Below the pieces are notes generated by a model that was not told where the DNA came from, did no database searches, and saw nothing but the letters and a program-made list of their open reading frames with translations. 43,072 bases of DNA from Ornithinibacter sp. Its GTDB lineage: Bacteria; Actinomycetota; Actinomycetes; Actinomycetales; Dermatophilaceae. The stretch covers positions 1 to 43,072 of the forward strand of contig DASQEZ010000076.1 of assembly GCA_035633415.1 (NCBI GenBank), read 5' to 3'. The position numbers and the translations under genes were made by a program. Numbering within the stretch: position 1 is the stretch's first letter; the number at the start of each line of letters is the position of its first letter. Below, piece by piece: positions 1-7,548 of the stretch.

Positions 1-1
1 G

Positions 2-1354
2 AACATGGACTGGATCGCGCTGACCCTGCGCCGGCTCATCGAGTACACCCAGGCCGGGGGTGAGGTGAACATCCTCATCACCGGGATCACCGTCGGCGGG
101 CAGCCGTACTGGAATGCCGAAGCGACGATGCTCATGCACACCAAGGGCATTCTCGTGATGACCCCCGCGAGCACGATGGTCCTCACTGGCAAGCAGGCCC
201 TTGACTACTCCGGGGCGGTGTCCGCGGACGACAACCAGGGCATCGGCGGCTTCGACCGGATCATGGGGCCGAACGGACAGGCACAATACTGGGCTCCCAG
301 CTTCCCGGAGGCGTGCACGCTGCTGCTCCGGCACTACGACTTCACCTACATCGTGCCGGGCGAGCGCTTCCCCCGGCGCAGACCCACGAACGACCCGGTC
401 GGCCGCGACGTCCGCACCTCCCCACACACGCCCCTGCTCGAGTCGGGGTTCACGACGGTGGGCGACGTCTTCGACCCCGGCACCAATCCCGAGCGCAAGC
501 TGCCGTTCGACATGCGGTCGGTGATGCGCGCCGTGGCCGACGGGGACGTCGAACCCCTCGAGCGATGGCGTCAGTGGCAGGATGCCGACACGGCGATCGT
601 CTGGGACGCCACCGTCGGCGGCATCCCGGTGTGCATGATCGGCATCGAGTCGCACACGCTGCGGCGTTCCGGGTTCGTGCCCTCCTACGGGCCCCCGTCC
701 TGGACGTCGGGGACGCTGTTCCCGCAGGCCTCACGCAAGATCGCCCGGGCGGTCAACGCGGTGAGCGGCAACCGCCCGCTGGTGGTCCTCGCCAACCTGT
801 CGGGGTTCGACGGGTCGCCGGAGTCGATGCGTCACTGGCAGCTCGAGTACGGCGCGGAGATCGGCCGTGCGGTGACGAACTTCGATGGCCCCATCGTCTT
901 CGTCGTCGTCTCGAGGTACCACGGCGGTGCCTTCGTCGTGTTCTCCAAGGCCCTCACCGAGACGATGGAGATCGCCGCGGTGGAGGGGTCGTTCGCCTCG
1001 GTGATCGGCGGTGCCCCCGCCGCGGCGACCGTGTTCGCGCGTGAGGTCAAGAGCCGTGTCGAGCGCGACCCGGCGGTCGAGAGCGCCCGGGCGGAGGCTG
1101 CATCGGCAAGCGGCCCCGAGGCGGCTGCGCTGCGGGCCCGGGCGGCCAGGGTCGTGCAGGAGGTGCGCTCGCAGAAGCTGCACGACGTCGCCGACGAGTT
1201 CGACGCCATCCACACCATCGAGCGTGCTTTGCGGGTCGGGTCCGTCGACCGGATCATCCCCGCCGCCACGCTGCGGCCGTACGTCGTCGACGCGCTCGAA
1301 CGGGGCATGTCGCGCACCCCCGAGCGGCCCGGCGGAGCTACGCCCCCGGGGTGA
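2..1354 (+). CDS. C-terminal carboxyltransferase part of a large single-chain (multidomain) acyl-CoA carboxylase; 5' truncated by window edge
   Basis: Frame is open from the window start. CT motifs GQPYWNAEATM, LTGKQALD, GTLFPQASRK, LANLSGFDGSPESM, SRYHGGAFVVFSK, SVIGGAPAA. Confidence 0.85.
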   Translation, partial: NMDWIALTLRRLIEYTQAGGEVNILITGITVGGQPYWNAEATMLMHTKGILVMTPASTMVLTGKQALDYSGAVSADDNQGIGGFDRIMGPNGQAQYWAPSFPEACTLLLRHYDFTYIVPGERFPRRRPTNDPVGRDVRTSPHTPLLESGFTTVGDVFDPGTNPERKLPFDMRSVMRAVADGDVEPLERWRQWQDADTAIVWDATVGGIPVCMIGIESHTLRRSGFVPSYGPPSWTSGTLFPQASRKIARAVNAVSGNRPLVVLANLSGFDGSPESMRHWQLEYGAEIGRAVTNFDGPIVFVVVSRYHGGAFVVFSKALTETMEIAAVEGSFASVIGGAPAAATVFAREVKSRVERDPAVESARAEAASASGPEAAALRARAARVVQEVRSQKLHDVADEFDAIHTIERALRVGSVDRIIPAATLRPYVVDALERGMSRTPERPGGATPPG

Positions 1355-2174
1355 AGAGCGGACTGCCGACCCAGCTGTGCACCGGCGTCGCTCGGGCCAC
1401 GTCCGTGGCCCCGGGGAGCACCCTCGGGGGGTCGAGGTGGCCCTGGGCGGACACGGTGAGGAGATAGACCCCGTCCCGGCGCCACCAACCGGGCATGACC
1501 GGGCCGCCCCGCCGCGCTGCGGTGAAGGGCGCCCACCCGTCGGCGCGCGGTTCGGACCCCACGGTGATCTCCACCGAGCGGGTGTCCGCCCGCAGCCCCA
1601 CGCGCAGCACCTTGAGCGCCGCCTCCTTGGCCGACCACACCAGGTTCGCCGCCGCGTCCTGACCGAGCCTGGGGTCTGCGGCAGCCGGGCCCCTGACCCA
1701 GTCCTGTTCGGCGCGCGTGAGGAAGTCGGTCACGAACTCGTCGCTGCGTGGTTCGACGACCTCGAGGTCGATGCCCAACGCCGCGGGCTCACCGGCGCCG
1801 GAGGCACCGATGACAGCCACCGCGCACCCCGCCCGGTCCGACAGCGAGATGTCCCACTGGCCCTCTGCGCCCTCGATCGCGACGTAGGGGGCGCCGGTCA
1901 TCCGGTTCAGCACCTCGATCCGGGCGAGCGCGGCTGGGTCGGTGGCCAGCCCGACCCGGGCGGCCACGGTCCTCTTGCCCACCCACCGACGCAGCAGGTA
2001 CTCATTGCGCCGCTTGGTGAAACGCATGGCGTCGAGCCTGGCCCGCTCACGGGCCGACAACCACTCCAGCCCTTCGGGGAGGGCGTCCTCGTGGCCGGCC
2101 CACCAGTGCCTCTCCGCCGCCTCGTGGGGGCGGTCCGCGACGGCTGCCCTCCCCGCTGCGCCGGTCGCATCCAC
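1338..2174 (-). CDS. Sfp-type 4'-phosphopantetheinyl transferase
   Basis: WLSARERARL, GAPY, ISLSD, LGIDLE, WSAKEAALK motifs. GTG start at 2174 chosen; the ORF track extends to 2435. Confidence 0.88.
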   Translation of the reverse strand: MDATGAAGRAAVADRPHEAAERHWWAGHEDALPEGLEWLSARERARLDAMRFTKRRNEYLLRRWVGKRTVAARVGLATDPAALARIEVLNRMTGAPYVAIEGAEGQWDISLSDRAGCAVAVIGASGAGEPAALGIDLEVVEPRSDEFVTDFLTRAEQDWVRGPAAADPRLGQDAAANLVWSAKEAALKVLRVGLRADTRSVEITVGSEPRADGWAPFTAARRGGPVMPGWWRRDGVYLLTVSAQGHLDPPRVLPGATDVARATPVHSWVGSPLFTPGA

Positions 2175-2478
2175 CCCACCATCGTAGAGAGGTGCGGATC
2201 GGGCGACACGGGACCGAGACGATCTCGTTCGTCGCCGGTGCCACGGCCCAGAGGGAGGCGCAGGTCGGACTCCGTATGTACCCCCGGCCGTTCGAAGCGA
2301 CGAGCCGCCAGCGGATGGCGGGAAGGGCGGTCCGGGCGCTGCCGGTGACGGCTCGGGGCTGGAGATCCGGCACTGGACCGACATCGCCGTTCGACACTCC
2401 CTGCCATCCGAGTGGGCTCCATCAAGGAGCGCCACACCAGGGTGCAGGCCAGGAACGAGGGCCGCCGACGCCGACGCC

Positions 2479-2997
2479 CTACCCGGTCAGCATGCGAGCC
2501 AGGGTCACACCCCAGGCGTGTGCGCGCTCAGGCTCGCCCACCTCCAGCGGGCCCTTCATGTCCGCCACGTGGAAATGCTCCGAGGGCGCCAGCCGAGTCC
2601 CCCCGAGTTTGGCCAACCCCTTCTCGATGCTGTTCGAGGCGTGGTCCATGGCAACGACGGCCTTCGGGTGCGACCCGCGGGTGTCATAGGCGGCGGTCCG
2701 CAGCCCGGCGGGCAGGGCAGCGCTGCCGAGCCACTCGCGCACCCCGATCCCCTGGCTGACCAGTGGACCGTCCGCCTTGGCCGCGGCGTCCCTGCGGGTG
2801 TTGGGCCTGGGCAGGCTCCAGGCGTGGTTGGGTGACCCCACGACGAGGAGATCGACGTCGGCGCCGATCACGGTCGGCGCGACCCCCACTTCGACCGCCT
2901 CGGCCACCACGCCGGCTTCGGTCAGCCCAGCAGCGACTGCATGTGCCACCTGCCGGTTGTCACCGAACATGGACTCGTAGATCACCACGGCCCGCAT
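2479..2997 (-). CDS. Flavodoxin-like protein
   Basis: IYESMFGDN FMN-phosphate loop, LLVVGSP, AAYDTR; GGAGG RBS upstream. Confidence 0.85.
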   Translation of the reverse strand: MRAVVIYESMFGDNRQVAHAVAAGLTEAGVVAEAVEVGVAPTVIGADVDLLVVGSPNHAWSLPRPNTRRDAAAKADGPLVSQGIGVREWLGSAALPAGLRTAAYDTRGSHPKAVVAMDHASNSIEKGLAKLGGTRLAPSEHFHVADMKGPLEVGEPERAHAWGVTLARMLTG

Positions 2998-3074
2998 ACC
3001 TCCACGCTATCCCCTACCCCGGGGAGCCAGCAGGGCCGGGCAGGCCGATGCAGGGTCGGGCGGTGGTCGCGGCT

Positions 3075-4898
3075 CTACCGGTTGTCCCAGGAATGGATGT
3101 GGCGCATCAGGGCACGGCTCTTGGTCTGCGCCTGGTCCATCCGGTCGAGGATGTCGTCGAGGGCGAGGATGGCCTCGACGATGTGCGGGCCCTTGTTGAG
3201 CATGACGCACTCGGCCCGCTGACTGATCGCGGCATCGGTGATCTCGGCGCGCGAGGGCTGGCCGGTCTTGGCGAGGGTCTCCAGGACCTGCGTGGCCCAG
3301 ATGGCCGGGACGTGGGCGGCCTCGCACAGGGCGAGGATCTGTCGGGGCACCTCGGCGAGTCGCTGGAAGCCGATCTCGACCGCGAGGTCCCCACGGGCGA
3401 TCATCACGGCGATCCGCCGATGGCGCATCGCCGCGAGCAGGATGTCGGGCAGGTTCTCGAAGCCCTCCCTGGTCTCGATCTTGAGGATCACGGCGAGCTC
3501 GAGGCCACCGGCCGCATCGAGGCGGTCGAGCAGGTGGGTGACGTCGGCCGCGGAGCGGATGAACGAGGCGGCCACGATGTCGGCATGGGCGGCGACCAAC
3601 GGCAGGAGCCGTTCGTCGTCGGGGGTCAGCGCGGTCACCGGAACGGTGGTGTCCGGCATGTTGATGCCCTTCTCCGCCGCGAGATGCTGGCCACCCGGTT
3701 TGGTCCGAACCACACGCAGGGTCGCTTCGCTCGAGGTGACTGCGTCGACGACGGTGTCGATCTTGCCGTCGTCGAACAGCACGTGCTCGCCGGGGCGAAG
3801 GGCGGCGCTGGCTTCGGGCAGGGTGCAGCCGATCCGGGCGACCTCGCCTGCCGCCGGTGGCTGGACCGGCGCCGGGCTGTGGACCAGGATCAGCGGGTCA
3901 CCCACGGCCAGGGCAATCGTCCGGGACAGGGGTGTGATGCCGCCGGCCGTGGTCATGGTGCCGTTGCACCACAGCTCCTCCGCCTCCCGGATGTAGGCGT
4001 TCTTCGCTCCCTCGCACAGGGCGCCGAGAGGTCCACGGTCGGTCACGGTGAAGGAGCGTCGCCGGCCTCGCGCGTCGCGCAGGGTGATCACGTCGCCGAG
4101 TACGCGTGCCGCGAGCCAGGTCGGGTCGACCTGCACCGGGAGCGTCGGACGTCTGGCGGGAGGGAAGGTCGCGGGCGGCGGGGAGGGGTCCTGTGCGCTG
4201 GTGAACCAGATCCGTGACGGGGCGACCACCTCGCCGGACTCGCTCCGTGTGACTCGGGAACGGCCGACGGCCGGCCCGTCGAGGATGGGTCCGGTTCGGA
4301 GCTTCGGCCCGGGCAGGTCCATGGAGACACCTGCCGCGCGGCCCGAGACAGCGGATGCGGCACGCACGTTCTCGGCCATCCGTGCCCATGCCGCAGGGCC
4401 GTCGTGGGCACAGTTGACCCGGGCCACATCCATGCCAGCGTCCATCAGCGCGGAGACCACGTCCGGATCGTCTGCGGCGTCACTGGGAAGGGTGACCATG
4501 ATCCGCGTCGACCGGCCGGGCCGCATCGACCCGAAGATCGCATCGGAGTTGTCACTGAGGATCTGGTCGCCCTCATCGAGAGCCTCGTTGATCGCCTGAA
4601 GTGGCCACGGGCCGGCGTCGCCGCGCAGCGCGCGCAGCACGTTGCGGGCTGCAACGACCTTCGACCTGACATCTGCCTCCGACGTGGCCAACGAGGTTGC
4701 CCCGAGGTCCATCAGGTCGTTCTGCAGCCCCCTGCGGTCGTGCCGCCGCAGCTCGCTGTAACGCACGAGGTTCACTGCACCTCGACGGTGGACGTCGGCG
4801 ACGGCGTCGATCACGTCGGCGTGCGCCGCCACTGCTGTGTCGAGGTCGGCCAGCAACTGATCGAGCTCAGCCAGCAGCCGGTCCAACGGCTGAGGCAT
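3075..4898 (-). CDS. pyk: Pyruvate kinase family protein (long, atypical architecture)
   Basis: RVNCAH, DLPGPKLRTG, KGINMPD, KIET, MIARGDLAVE, ATQVLE, PSRAEITD motifs. Confidence 0.85.
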   Translation of the reverse strand: MPQPLDRLLAELDQLLADLDTAVAAHADVIDAVADVHRRGAVNLVRYSELRRHDRRGLQNDLMDLGATSLATSEADVRSKVVAARNVLRALRGDAGPWPLQAINEALDEGDQILSDNSDAIFGSMRPGRSTRIMVTLPSDAADDPDVVSALMDAGMDVARVNCAHDGPAAWARMAENVRAASAVSGRAAGVSMDLPGPKLRTGPILDGPAVGRSRVTRSESGEVVAPSRIWFTSAQDPSPPPATFPPARRPTLPVQVDPTWLAARVLGDVITLRDARGRRRSFTVTDRGPLGALCEGAKNAYIREAEELWCNGTMTTAGGITPLSRTIALAVGDPLILVHSPAPVQPPAAGEVARIGCTLPEASAALRPGEHVLFDDGKIDTVVDAVTSSEATLRVVRTKPGGQHLAAEKGINMPDTTVPVTALTPDDERLLPLVAAHADIVAASFIRSAADVTHLLDRLDAAGGLELAVILKIETREGFENLPDILLAAMRHRRIAVMIARGDLAVEIGFQRLAEVPRQILALCEAAHVPAIWATQVLETLAKTGQPSRAEITDAAISQRAECVMLNKGPHIVEAILALDDILDRMDQAQTKSRALMRHIHSWDNR

Positions 4899-4914
4899 CC
4901 GGCCTGCGTCCCTG

Positions 4915-5139
4915 CTACGCCGCGAGCGAGCGGCTGCGGAGGATGCCGCGGACCTCGTGCACGATCAACAACGTGACGAAGCTGTGCACCTTGACCGGCA
5001 TCAGATCGTCGTACGCCGCCTGGACGAGCCCCTCGATGACTCCCTCGTCCACCTGGGGCTCGAGCCGGCTCAGCTCCGCCCGGGACGCCGCGATCTCATC
5101 GATGTTGCGCTCTACCAGTCCGGGTTCCGCGAGTGACAT
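4915..5139 (-). CDS. Small three-helix-bundle (dimerisation-domain-like) protein, 74 aa
   Basis: MSLAEPG...VQAAYDDLMPVKVHSFVTLLIVHEVRGIL resembles the small actinobacterial three-helix family; ends 16 nt before the pyk start. Confidence 0.6.
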   Translation of the reverse strand: MSLAEPGLVERNIDEIAASRAELSRLEPQVDEGVIEGLVQAAYDDLMPVKVHSFVTLLIVHEVRGILRSRSLAA

Positions 5140-5360
5140 GACCCCAGTCTCCCACCCCAACATGAACGGAACACGACACGCGCCTGAGCAGCACACCCGG
5201 TTCGCGATCCGGCAGATCGACCCGACGCTGCACCCACGGACGGACGAACGGAGGTCCTGGACCGCCGCTCGAGCGTGCTTGCGCTTGTCGGGTGGCCCTT
5301 TGCCCGTCCGTTCGCGCACCTGTGCCGCGACGAGATGTCCGTGGCGCCGGTTCGTGCGGG

Positions 5361-6620
5361 CTACGGCGTGAGCGCCCAGGCATGGGCCGGAACCGGAATG
5401 CCGCCGAGGACGACGGGCTCGTCGGAGAGGTTGAGCGCCAGCGTGGCGTGCTCTCCGCCCGCGCCGGTCGCGGTGAGCAGCACCGCCTCGTTGCTCAGGT
5501 CGGAGGCGGAGACGGTCGCGCGGGCGAGCCAGGGGTTCCTCCGCCGGAACGAGATCGCTTCCTGGTGACGATGGAAGATCTCGGTGCGCGGCCAGTCGCT
5601 CGGGGAGCGCGGGAACTCGGGGCGCACCGCGTCATCCCCGCCGGCCCGGTCCTCCTTGGTGCCGGTGAGCCCTCGCTCGTCACCGGCGTACACGGCCGGG
5701 GCTCCCGCGACGAAGAAGAGGACGGCGACGGCGTGCGTCAGGTGGCGCGGGTCCGTGATCGCCGACGCCACGCGGGTCACGTCATGGTTCCCGAGGAAGG
5801 TGAGGGGCAGGAACGCGGCGGCGAACTCGTCGTGGCGCTCGAGGGACCAGGCGAGCTCGAACCAGTTGCGTTCCTCGATCGAGTTGCGGATCGCCTTCCA
5901 CAGCTCGTACTGGGTGAGCGAGTCCAGGCCGGACTCCTCGACGTAGGAGACGTAGTCGCCGTGGATGACCTCGCCCACGAACCAGGCGCTGGGGAACCGC
6001 TCGCGCAGGGGGCCGATCGTGGTGCGCCAGAACGCCGCGGGGACGGCGTAGGCGGCGTCGAGGCGCCATCCATCGACTCCCCGCCCCAGCCAGTGGGCCA
6101 TGACGTCAGTGATGGCGGAGACGACCTCGGGATCGTCGTGGTTCAGCACGACCAGGCCCTCGTGGCCCTCGAACACCCGCACCTCGAGACCGTCCACGGT
6201 GCGGGCGCCCGGGCCGGTGGCGAACCGGGCAGCCGCACGTGAGCCCGGGCCAGCGGCGACAGCCTCGCGCCACCACGGGTGCGACCGGCCGACGTGGTTG
6301 AACACGCCGTCGAGGAGGACGCGGATGCCGCGCTGCCGGCAGGCGGCGAAGAGTGCGTCGGCGTCGGCGTCGTCCCCGAGCCGGGGGTCGACCCGCAGGT
6401 GGTCCACCGTGTCGTACCCGTGGGACTCCGAGTCGAAGATCGGGCCGAGGAGGAGGCCGTTGCAGCCCAGGTCGAGCAGGTCGTCGAGCCACGCGGTCAG
6501 CCGGGGCAGCTCATGGGCGACCGCACCGCGGGTGGTGCCCGTGGTGTCCGCGCCGACGAAGCCCAACGGGTAGACGTGCCACCAGATGGCCGTGTCGGCC
6601 CACTGCCGGCCCCCGCTCAT
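5361..6620 (-). CDS. GH13 alpha-amylase/neopullulanase-family glycosidase
   Basis: Conserved regions HGYD, DGVFNH, GWRLDAA, GEVIH, FLGNHD. Confidence 0.9.
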   Translation of the reverse strand: MSGGRQWADTAIWWHVYPLGFVGADTTGTTRGAVAHELPRLTAWLDDLLDLGCNGLLLGPIFDSESHGYDTVDHLRVDPRLGDDADADALFAACRQRGIRVLLDGVFNHVGRSHPWWREAVAAGPGSRAAARFATGPGARTVDGLEVRVFEGHEGLVVLNHDDPEVVSAITDVMAHWLGRGVDGWRLDAAYAVPAAFWRTTIGPLRERFPSAWFVGEVIHGDYVSYVEESGLDSLTQYELWKAIRNSIEERNWFELAWSLERHDEFAAAFLPLTFLGNHDVTRVASAITDPRHLTHAVAVLFFVAGAPAVYAGDERGLTGTKEDRAGGDDAVRPEFPRSPSDWPRTEIFHRHQEAISFRRRNPWLARATVSASDLSNEAVLLTATGAGGEHATLALNLSDEPVVLGGIPVPAHAWALTP

Positions 6621-7069
6621 GAGCGGGGCTCGTCCGCGTCGAGGTTCTCGATCACGCCGGTGAGCAGGTGGTGGAGCCGCACGAACTCGTCGGCCTCCAG
6701 GCCGATCGACCGGGCGACCTCTCGCGGAACTCCCGCGACGTCCCGGCGCAGGCGCTCACCCTCCGCCGTGGGGCTCACGACCACCCGACGCTCGTCGTGC
6801 TGATCGCGCCGACGCTCGACCCGACCTGCCCCCTCGAGCCGCTTGACCAGCGGGGTGAGCGTGCCGGAGTCCAGGCGCAGCCTGCGGCCCAGGTCCCCGA
6901 CCGACAGGGGTCCGTCGGTCCAGAGCGCGAGCATGACCAGGTACTGCGGGTAGGTGAGGCCGACGTCGGCCAGCACCTCGGAGTACCGACGGGTGACGGC
7001 GCGCGTCGCGGCATACAGGGGGAAGCAGATCTGCCGGTCCAGGTCCAGCATCGCCTCGCTCGCACTCAT
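6617..7069 (-). CDS. ohrR: MarR-family organic hydroperoxide sensor OhrR
   Basis: QICFPLY (sensing Cys), LTYPQYLVMLALW, LDSGTLTPLVKRLE, DERRV; divergent from ohr. Alternative start 7051. Confidence 0.9.
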   Translation of the reverse strand: MSASEAMLDLDRQICFPLYAATRAVTRRYSEVLADVGLTYPQYLVMLALWTDGPLSVGDLGRRLRLDSGTLTPLVKRLEGAGRVERRRDQHDERRVVVSPTAEGERLRRDVAGVPREVARSIGLEADEFVRLHHLLTGVIENLDADEPRS

Positions 7070-7093
7070 CCTTCGACGATACCAGTCCGACAT

Positions 7094-7126
7094 TGCACAA
7101 TTTGATTGTGCACAATACAGTCGTGC
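7094..7126. promoter_or_regulatory. OhrR operator(s)
   Basis: Perfect 8-3-8 inverted repeat TGCACAAT-TTG-ATTGTGCA (7094-7112) plus an overlapping degenerate copy GCACAAT-ACA-GTCGTGC (7110-7126), in the short AT-rich ohrR/ohr spacer. Confidence 0.8.
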
Positions 7127-7128
7127 AC

Positions 7129-7545
7129 ATGAACATTCTCTACACCGCCACCGCCGTCGCCACCGGGGACGGCCGCAACGGCCACGTCCAGACCCCCGAC
7201 GGCACGATCGACGCACCCGTGCGCACCCCCAAGGAGCTCGGCGGCGAGGGTGGCGCCACCAACCCCGAGCAGCTGTTCGCGGCCGGCTACGCCGCGTGCT
7301 TCCACTCCGCCCTGAAGCTGGTCGCCGGTGCGATGAAGGTCGACACCACCGACTCCGAGGTCGTCGCCGACGTCTCGCTGGGCCGAGACGACGCCGGGGC
7401 CTTCGCCCTCGGGGTCCGGCTCGAGGTCGCCCTGCCCGCCGTCGGACCCGAGGTGGCCCGGCAGGTCATCGAGCAGGCCCACCTGGTGTGCCCCTACTCC
7501 AACGCCACGCGCGGCAACGTCGAGGTCACCCTCGAGGTCGCCTGA
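7129..7545 (+). CDS. ohr: Organic hydroperoxide resistance protein Ohr
   Basis: TNPEQLFAAGYAACF and VCPYSNATRGN with both catalytic Cys. Confidence 0.95.
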   Translation: MNILYTATAVATGDGRNGHVQTPDGTIDAPVRTPKELGGEGGATNPEQLFAAGYAACFHSALKLVAGAMKVDTTDSEVVADVSLGRDDAGAFALGVRLEVALPAVGPEVARQVIEQAHLVCPYSNATRGNVEVTLEVA

Positions 7546-7548
7546 TTC

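Noticed and set aside
2047-2397. 116-aa minus-strand ORF between the PPTase and flavodoxin (WRLVASNGRG..., LWAVAPATNEIV)
   Set aside because: It overlaps the PPTase start, has weak codon bias and no convincing family motif; at most a gene remnant.
5140-5360. Intergenic stretch as a possible ncRNA
   Set aside because: I could not identify a stable repeat, terminator or known RNA motif by eye.
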